DNA from: an uncultured delta proteobacterium
Lineage (GTDB): Bacteria; Desulfobacterota; RBG-13-43-22
Direction of reading: 5' to 3'
Length of the DNA: 64,000 nt
NCBI GenBank assembly: GCA_963711835.1
Contig: CAVQFQ010000017.1
Location: 160,001 to 224,000, forward strand
A model generated the notes under the pieces. The model worked only from the letters and a program-made list of their open reading frames with translations, ran no database searches and was not told the DNA's origin. Numbering within the stretch: position 1 is the stretch's first letter; each line of letters opens with the position of its first letter. Shown piece after piece: positions 56,757 to 64,000 of this stretch. The position numbers and the translations under genes are program-made.

Positions 56757-58592
56757 ATGAGAGAAAATCCCTTTCAATTCCAAAACCTCCGCCTGGTCCC
56801 CATTCTTCACAATCGTCTGGAGTTTGCCATAGAGGTCTTCCGGCAATTTTCGGAATTCAACCCGGAGGCCGTAGCCCTGGAACTGCCTGTGACCTTGAGA
56901 GAACAGATAAGTGAGGCTGTTAAAAGACTTCCTTATTTGTCGGTGATTGTCTATCCGGAGAAATCAGGCCGGCAGGTCTATCTCCCCATTGAAACGGTAG
57001 ATGGAATCATGGAGGGTCTCCGGCTGGGAATGGAAAACAACCGGCCCCTTTATTTTATAGATCGGGACACCGAGGGCTATGCCCGGCATTTCGAGCCCAT
57101 GCCGGATCCCTATGCCATTACCCGGGTGGGCTATCAGGCTTACTGCCTGGCCTATTTCAAGGAAAGGGGCAGGGAGACCCCGGAAATCGATGATCTGCTG
57201 CGGGAAAGGACTATGGCTTATCATCTGAAGAAGATGAACCTGGAATTCAAACGGGTCCTGGTAGTCTGCGGTCTGGCCCATTGGGCCGGCATTCTCCGGG
57301 AACTGGACAGAGGCCCCGAGCTGCCCTTCGGGCGGCAAAAACGGGCCGGGGTAGTGGTCGGCTTTCTTAAAGAAAGCTCCAGTCGGGAAATCCTGTCCGA
57401 GATGCCTTATCTCCAACAGAGGTACGAAGAAGAAAGGGACCTTTGTCTGGTTGAAGGAAAGACGTTCCGGCTGGACCGCCTGGAGGTCCAGGAGGAATTG
57501 CTGCAGCAGGCCAGGGAGCAGCATTTCAAGAACAGCCGTGAGAAGCTGGAGGCCTTCCAGATAGCCCTGATCACGAAATTCGCCGGAAACCTGGCCCTGA
57601 TTCAGGGCGGGCTGGCCCCTGATTTTTACCAACTTATGTTGGCTGCCCGAGGCGGGGTCAACGACAACTTCGCCTATGAGGTCTGGGATATCGGCTCGCG
57701 CTATCCCTTTCAGGAAAAGGATTCCAGGCTCCCGGAGATAGAAGTCAGCGGCGAGGATCTGAAGATCAATCAAAAAAAGGTTCGATTTTATCGCCATTTC
57801 CGCACCTTCCGGCGCCGGCTGGTCCCGGTTCCCGGCAAGCGCAGGCCGTCTCCGGCTGAAAAAGAGGAATTTAAAAAACACTGGAGCGGCCGGCATATCT
57901 GTTCCTTTCCTCCTGAGGATATCCGGGTCGAGGGCCTGGGCGATTATGTCAAGAAAAAGGTCCGCGGGGTTTTATCCCAGGAGCAGGTCCGGGTGGTGCC
58001 CTTCTCAACCTCCATGCTGGACGGGCTGGAGGTGCGGGAGACCCTGCGCCATCTGGTGGAAAGAAAGGTCTTTGTCAAGGAAGAGATCCGGGTTCGGGGC
58101 AGGGTAGGGTCGGTCGTCTTTATCTTGGACGAGGATGAAACGGAACTGGGGGCAGCCGAGCATTTTCCCTGGAAGCTCACCTGGCTGGGGGAGCACAACC
58201 AGGAGTCGGATATGGCCTTTTATGCCACGCCAGCGGGCGAGGAGGTAATCGGCCCGGGGATTTCCCGCTGCGAGTACGGCGGGTTCGTCCTCAGTTATCC
58301 ACCCTATCGGATGCTTGATGTCTGGCGGGACCGTTTTTTTGAGCAGGCCCGATCCAAGGCCGAGCGGCTCCTCCTGGCCGGGATCGATTACAGCGAGGAA
58401 CGCTTGGTGGCCTATATTGCTGCCAGGCCGCCCCGATCGTACTGCCAGACCTTTGCTCACAAGCTGAGGCGCAAAATTGTCTATCTCCCGATCGGCCAGT
58501 TTTCCCCGGTCCTCCTGAATAAGGTCCGCTTCTTCCACGTCCTGGAAGGCTACGAAACCCGCAACGTCGCCTCCTTTTATATTAGGAATTAA
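56757..58592 (+). CDS. Conserved hypothetical protein with TraB/TIKI/ChaN-like N-terminal motifs
   Basis: PILH, VALELP, RERTMA, VVCGLAHW. Confidence 0.65.
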   Translation: MRENPFQFQNLRLVPILHNRLEFAIEVFRQFSEFNPEAVALELPVTLREQISEAVKRLPYLSVIVYPEKSGRQVYLPIETVDGIMEGLRLGMENNRPLYFIDRDTEGYARHFEPMPDPYAITRVGYQAYCLAYFKERGRETPEIDDLLRERTMAYHLKKMNLEFKRVLVVCGLAHWAGILRELDRGPELPFGRQKRAGVVVGFLKESSSREILSEMPYLQQRYEEERDLCLVEGKTFRLDRLEVQEELLQQAREQHFKNSREKLEAFQIALITKFAGNLALIQGGLAPDFYQLMLAARGGVNDNFAYEVWDIGSRYPFQEKDSRLPEIEVSGEDLKINQKKVRFYRHFRTFRRRLVPVPGKRRPSPAEKEEFKKHWSGRHICSFPPEDIRVEGLGDYVKKKVRGVLSQEQVRVVPFSTSMLDGLEVRETLRHLVERKVFVKEEIRVRGRVGSVVFILDEDETELGAAEHFPWKLTWLGEHNQESDMAFYATPAGEEVIGPGISRCEYGGFVLSYPPYRMLDVWRDRFFEQARSKAERLLLAGIDYSEERLVAYIAARPPRSYCQTFAHKLRRKIVYLPIGQFSPVLLNKVRFFHVLEGYETRNVASFYIRN

Positions 58593-58600
58593 ATTTTTAG

Positions 58601-58916
58601 TATCGTTCAAAAGTTTTGGCACGGGCGCATTATGGCCTGAAAGGGGACCGGGGGTCTTGATTTCAAGGCTTGTCCAAAGGGGGATTCTTCCCGCCAATCC
58701 GGCCCAGATTTCTAAGGTTGGTTTAGAGCCGGGCCTTCAGCCAACCGGACAAACAGCTTTGCTGAAGGCCTGCTTAAGGCATTATCGTCACCCTTCCAGC
58801 CCCGCTAAAAGCGGGATTTCAAGGTGGGGAGTTTATGGTGGACAACCTTGAAATCAAGACCCCCGGTCCTCTTTCATCGGGTATCAGTACTGTAATGCCC
58901 AAACTTTTGAACGATA
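58601..58916. mobile_element. MITE/REPIN-like element with nested inverted repeats (copy B, filled form)
   Basis: Outer IR TATCGTTCAAAAGTTT.GGCA. Inner IR 58645-58676 / 58839-58869 with the same GGGGTCTTGATTTCAAGG core as copy A. Confidence 0.8.
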
Positions 58917-58951
58917 ACAAATTCTAAGCGCAAGTCCGGAGAGACCATTCA

Positions 58952-61900
58952 TCAAGTGACTTCTTTGGCCTTTTGCAGAGTGGTGAAGTAGAGGAAAAGG
59001 CGGATGCCGACAGGGGCCAGGGATTTGGTCTTGGCCAGCATTTCTTTGTAGGCCAGCAGTTGATCGCGATACAGGACGGCCTGCTGATCCATAAAATCCT
59101 CCAGCGCTGTCCCTTCGGGAAGCCGCCCGGTTTTGTAATCGACCAGAAGCCATTCCTTCCCATCAAAGACGATCCGGTCAATTACCCCGCTGCGGATGGT
59201 GTCCGTATCCAACCGATCTTCCAGGCCCCATTCGCTCGCTGCAAAGGGGAAATCGGATCCAAGGATAGTTAAGCAAAAGGATTCATTCCGGCAAGCGGCT
59301 ACTTCCTCCAAGAGATCGGCCGAGGTCATTGAGGCCGTTTCCCAATCAAGGCCTTCGGCTGTCAGGGCTTGAGCAACGGCCGCCGGGGTCGGCGGCTCTT
59401 TTCCCAAAGACAGGTCCTGAAAAATCCGATGGATGACGATACCCCGGGCCTTTCCCATGGGGTCTCTATAGGATTCATCAGGGGTTTCTTCCATCTCCCA
59501 GTCCGGGACAGCGGTTTCTTTATCACCTAATCCTGAGGGCCTGATGACCTGATAAGGAATCGGCTCGGGTTGGAAGGGCAGGGTATTGGGCTCTTTTTCA
59601 ATGAAGGGCGGTTCGGGTTTGGCCGTTTCCTCCATCACCTCCGGATCATAAAGGCGTTGTATTTGTTCTTGAGGGCTGGCCTGATTCAGAAGATAAAAGA
59701 GGAGAGAGTCTTTCTCAGCCTTTAATCCATCGGCCTCTTCGGAAACCAGGCCGCTCATCTGAAGGGCCGATTTGGCCCGGGTCAGGGCGACGTAATAAAG
59801 GCGTTTGGCCTCCCCAAGGGCGCGGGCCTTTTTCAGATTTTTTAAGAGACCATAAGTCCCCGGATCTTCTTTCGTCCTCCGGTCCGGTCTCAAGGCAATC
59901 AGATGCTCTTCCCGATTTCCCGGCAGCCGTTCCAGGAGATAGGGAGGATGGTCATAGTTTCCGCGCTCCAGGGGGTTTCGATCGCTGTGGGGGATAAAAA
60001 CGGAATCAAATTCCAACCCCTTGGCCCGGTGAACGGTCATGAGCTGAACCGCAGAGCGGTCGGAGAGGGGGTCGGGCGGGGCATAGGCCTTCCGGAGAAG
60101 AAGTTCCAGATGATGGAGGGTTTCCTCAGGAGCTCCCCGTTCGGCTTGAAAAATATAATCCAGGAACCGGCGGCAGTTGCGGACCCCGGACAAACCGTAG
60201 CGGGCCGCCGCCGCCTTAGGACCGGTCAAATCTTCCCAGGCCAGTTGAATCAAGCGAAAGACAGGCCGGCGGCCGACCAGGCCTTGATAATAATCAAGGA
60301 CCGATCCAAGCTGTTGGACGGACGGGGGAACCCCGGAATCCCCGAGCAAAGAGCCTGATCTTGTCCGAGAAGAGCGCAGCCGGGGTCTTGGCTATCTGAT
60401 GGAGCCTATCCAAACCCACCCAGCACCAATGGGATCGCAGCAAAGAAAGCCAGGACAAATCATCCTGGGGCCTTATCAAGGCCCGGGTAAGGGCCAGCAA
60501 GTCTTTCACCTCCGGCCTTTCCTGCAACAAGAGACCTTCCTGGACCTGAACCTGCAACCCCTGGGCATAGAGGCCCTGCAGGTAAATCGGCAGATGGGTC
60601 CGGGCAAAAAGCAATATGCCGACCGATCGGTCCGGATTTTCCTGAGTCGTTTGCCTGACTGCTCCGGCTAACCAGGCGGCTTCCTTCTGACGGGCCTGAA
60701 AAGGATTTCCTCGGCTGTTGAAGAGGGCCAGGCCGATCCTCCCCGGCTCCTTCCCGGCCATTTCCGGGGCGGCCTCGGACTCCCGGAAGAGGACTTCATC
60801 GGCTTCCGGATTGGGGTCGGCCATGATGGTTTTGGAGAAGAGTTCATTGACGAAATCAATCAGGAGCGGGCGGGAACGAAAATTGGTATCGACATAAATA
60901 GACCTTAAGGGCAGATAACCCTGACCCGGAAGGGGAAGACCGTCTTTGGCCTGGATAAAAAGAGAGACCTCGGCCTTTCGAAAGCCGTAAATGGATTGCT
61001 TGGGATCCCCGACGATAAAGAGGGTCCGTCCGTCCCCGGGAGACCAACCGGCACAAAGGAGCTGGAGCAGCCGCCATTGATTGTAACTGGTGTCCTGGAA
61101 TTCATCGACCAGGAGGTGATTGATTTTCTGATCCAGGATGAGCTGGATATCGCTGGGGGATTCCTCGTTTCCCATTACCCGAAGAGCACCCTGCTCCATC
61201 TCAACAAAATCGATGACGCCTCTCCGTTGGCAAAGGCGTTGATAGTGTTCGATAGCCAGACTGATTAATAGCATGAGGTCGAATAGAAGGGCACTGTCCC
61301 CGGGGGGGGTTTGAGGAAGAGGAAATTTGGTTATCCGGTCCAACCGGTTTCCCACCGTTTCGGGAAGCCGGGCAATCCGGTCCGCCCACTCGCCCTTACT
61401 GAAACCCTGGGGGAAGCCGGTCTTAGGGCCGTAATTTTTTCGAACCGCACCGGCCTTGGTCAGGAAGGTCTGGGCCAGGGTCTGCCAGCGGGGCAGGTCC
61501 GCCCAGGTCGTTTCCGGTAGAACCGGCGGCAGTTCGTCGGCAACTGCAGCCTGCTGATCCCTGAGACTGGAATAAAATCCCGGCCAATTCTGACCCAAAT
61601 CGGTTGCGGACAAACGCTGCCGCAATTCACCCAGATAAAAACCGACCAGTTTCCCAAGGTGATCCTTCAAGACCCGGTCAAGATGCTCCAGATCCCGATA
61701 ACGGGTGACTTCATAGACCAGGTCGGAGAGCAAATCCCGTTGAGCCACTAATCGGCCCAAATCGTCGACCAGGGAATCCCAGCGGTTGTTCATGGCTAAG
61801 AGATACCGTTCCAGGGCCTGCCGGCTTGGGTCGGCCGAGGGGAGGATTCGCAGAGACTGATAGGTTTGTTCGATGGCCTTATGGATGAGATCCGGTTGTT

Positions 61901-62339
61901 CCTCTTCGGAAAGGGGCGTCGCTTCAAGAGGGACCTTAGCTTCGGCCGGGGCCTGCCGGTTCAGTCGGGCGCAAAATTTATGGAAGGTCATGACCTGAAG
62001 GCCATCCGGGGTTTGGAAGAGATAGCGATGTCGGGCGTGCTTTTTGAGGGCTTGGCGGGCTGCCGGGAGCAAGGCCTGCATCCAGGGAGAATCTCCCGAA
62101 TCGCCTTTTTCCGCCTGCTGAAGGAGGCTCCGAATCCTTTCCACCATTTCATTGGCGGCTTTGTTGGTAAAGGTCAGGGCCAGTATCTCCCCGGGATGGC
62201 GGACCAAAGTTAGAAGATGGATAAAACGGGCTGTCAGCAGCGAGGTCTTTCCGGCCCCGGCCGGAGATTCCACATGAAAGCTTTCTTCAGGGGAAAGGGC
62301 CTGCTGGCGCTGAGCAAAATCCGACGGCAGGTTAGGCAT
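58952..62339 (-). CDS. addA: AddA/UvrD-like helicase-nuclease, split by one extra base at 60340-60343
   Basis: PAGAGKT, LTFTNKAA, DEFQDT, VGDPKQSIYGFR, MTVHRAKGLEF, YVALTRAK, and C-terminal GVIDR...DYKT nuclease. Confidence 0.85.
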
Positions 62340-64000
62340 AGGAAGGCCGGTCCTTTTTCCAATAGGGGCATAGAGTCAGATAATCGCAATTCCTGCAGGC
62401 CCCAAGATTTTGACCTTCCGGTTTGGGGTTTGGATCCGGACCCAATGTTCCGCCGGCCAACTTTCGTCCCAACTCCCGGATTATTTTTTCCCATTCTTCC
62501 AGCAGGGATCCCCACTGGGTACTCTCCTTTAAGGGATCCCAAAGCCGGCAATCGGCCTCGGATCTAAGACCGATGTAACCGGCCCTAAGGTGTTCGAATC
62601 GGCCTTCCAGGAGGTCCGGTTGATTTTTTAAGGCCAACAGATAAAGGGGGAGCTGGGGCAGGAGAAAGCGGCGGGTGAGGTCATTTCCGGCAGGGAGGCT
62701 GCCGCTCTTGTAATCCCAGCAGGCCGCTTGTTTCGTTCCGGGGTTTATATCCACCCGGTCGATGCGGCCTTGAATCGCCAGAGGCCAATCGGCTCTCTGA
62801 AGGCTGTGAAAGGTCACCTCCTCGCCGGCCCACTGCCAGCCCCGGGACAAACGCTCCTGTTCCTGATCCAGCCACTTGCCCAAAAGACCTTGATCGGCCT
62901 GCCCATCCCCGATTAAACGCCTTTTTTCCACCTGCCAATGAGAGTCTTCGAGACGGCCGCCTAACCGGGTTTCAATAAGGTGCTCCAGGAATGGATAAAC
63001 AGCCTCCCAACTGTCCGGAGCCAATAGGGTTTCCCTGACCTCTTTGGTAAAAGAGGCCAGGACTCCATGAAGAAAGTTTCCCCTTTCCAGGGGAGATAGG
63101 CCGATTTCAATTTCTTCCAAAGGCGAGAGCCCTAAAATCCTGTTCATAAAAAACTTGAAGGGGCAGGACAAGGCCATTTCCAGCGCGGTGGCGGAAATAG
63201 TCGCTGGAACCGGAGAAGGGCTAAGTTTTTCGTCAGGGGACGGATAGGTTAAAGGATAATGGTGAATTCCCTGAAAGGTCTGCCGGACCCATTCGGCCCG
63301 GAACCAGGCTTTCCCGGGGAAAAACCAGAAATTTTGCTTGGCGCTCCCCTGAGGCAGAGATTCCTTGGGCCACAAAGGAGAAGGGAGGAGTTTTTCACCA
63401 TCTTCCTCCGCAGGCCGGGTCAGGGTGATCAGAGGGGAAGCAGTCTTCAGGTGAGTGAAGGTCAGGTGAGCAAAGGCGTATTGGCTTTCAGGGGTGGCTC
63501 CCTGCACCTTTTTTCGTTCTTCGGGCAGCAAAAAGGGTAAAGCGCGGCTGGGCTGCGGCAGGCTTCCTTCGGACAGGCCGACTAAAAACAATTTCTCAAA
63601 GGCCAGTCCCCGGGCCTCAATCAGCCCCAAGACTTGAAGGCCGCTTTGTTCGTAACCGGGCTCATTGACCAGGGTCTGGCTTAAAAGGTAATTCAACCAG
63701 GCATAAAAATCGGCCCCGGTCAGGGGTACATCCTTCAGGTCGCTGGAAAGACTTTCCAGATTTTCTTTGAGATGTTGATAAAGACCTTCCTCCCCGGGAA
63801 GGGAGAGCAGCGGGAAGCCAAGCCTCTGCCAGCAACTGGTTAAGACCTTGACCCACTCGGAGCCGCTCTGCCTTGGTTTGGTAAAAGGCTGAAAAAGGCC
63901 TTTCCAGAATTCGCCACCGAGGATTTCTTTATCTGGGCCCTCTAATGCCTCCGGATTTAAGTCCCGCAGCAATCGATTTAAAGCCGAATCAATGGAATGC
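62332..64000 (-). CDS. addB: AddB/RexB-like PD-(D/E)XK nuclease, 5' end outside the window
   Basis: CPFKFF, RGNFLH, GRIDRVD, DYKSG, PQLPLY, C..C....LC Fe-S cysteines. Overlaps the addA start. Confidence 0.8.
   Translation of the reverse strand, partial: HSIDSALNRLLRDLNPEALEGPDKEILGGEFWKGLFQPFTKPRQSGSEWVKVLTSCWQRLGFPLLSLPGEEGLYQHLKENLESLSSDLKDVPLTGADFYAWLNYLLSQTLVNEPGYEQSGLQVLGLIEARGLAFEKLFLVGLSEGSLPQPSRALPFLLPEERKKVQGATPESQYAFAHLTFTHLKTASPLITLTRPAEEDGEKLLPSPLWPKESLPQGSAKQNFWFFPGKAWFRAEWVRQTFQGIHHYPLTYPSPDEKLSPSPVPATISATALEMALSCPFKFFMNRILGLSPLEEIEIGLSPLERGNFLHGVLASFTKEVRETLLAPDSWEAVYPFLEHLIETRLGGRLEDSHWQVEKRRLIGDGQADQGLLGKWLDQEQERLSRGWQWAGEEVTFHSLQRADWPLAIQGRIDRVDINPGTKQAACWDYKSGSLPAGNDLTRRFLLPQLPLYLLALKNQPDLLEGRFEHLRAGYIGLRSEADCRLWDPLKESTQWGSLLEEWEKIIRELGRKLAGGTLGPDPNPKPEGQNLGACRNCDYLTLCPYWKKDRPSYA

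Noticed and set aside
60330-60350. Programmed frameshift in addA
   Set aside because: No typical slippery heptamer. A single extra base in a short homopolymer fits the error pattern seen elsewhere.
696-63856. Numerous antisense or overlapping ORFs of 60-310 aa (e.g. 56964-57896, 21944-22696, 52310-53053)
   Set aside because: They are shadows of well-supported genes caused by codon bias, with no motifs or RBS.
1-64000. CRISPR array, rRNA or tRNA genes
   Set aside because: No regularly spaced 23-47 bp direct repeats, no rRNA-like blocks and no cloverleaf with a T-loop. The short-period repeats have no spacers.

Overview
Chromosomal window from an anaerobic bacterium, by gene content most likely Desulfobacterota (inference). 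The left ~13 kb holds the end of a surface-glycan locus, radA, an M18 aminopeptidase, two frameshifted type II toxin-antitoxin pairs, a RAYT-type Y1 transposase between 28-bp inverted repeats, an hcp operon with an FNR/HcpR-type box, and MscS. The central ~34 kb (13765-47552) is one coherent, poorly understood signalling and anion-transport island. It has three full PEP-synthase-like proteins that keep the ATP-grasp and phospho-His domains but lack the pyruvate-binding barrel, and a fourth copy lacking both catalytic domains. It also has three histidine kinases, four stand-alone receivers, a sigma54 activator plus an AAA-deleted copy of it, three TauE/SafE permeases with small accessory proteins, DASS and ArsB/NhaD transporters, three USPs and a CBS protein. 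This island is the best candidate for an undescribed system: a possible dikinase-fed phosphorelay in which the kinase, activator and dikinase-like components each have a domain-deleted paralogue. The right ~16 kb carries a biotin-domain-less carboxyltransferase, a MoxR-type AAA ATPase, a flavin disulfide oxidoreductase, a truncated gnd, phoU and addA/addB-like genes. Intergenic DNA contains a modular, nested palindromic element family (filled, empty, half and solo-end copies), 7/8-bp-period hairpin repeats and a candidate small RNA. About ten single-base indels break otherwise normal genes; many may be long-read consensus errors. No rRNA, tRNA or CRISPR array was found.
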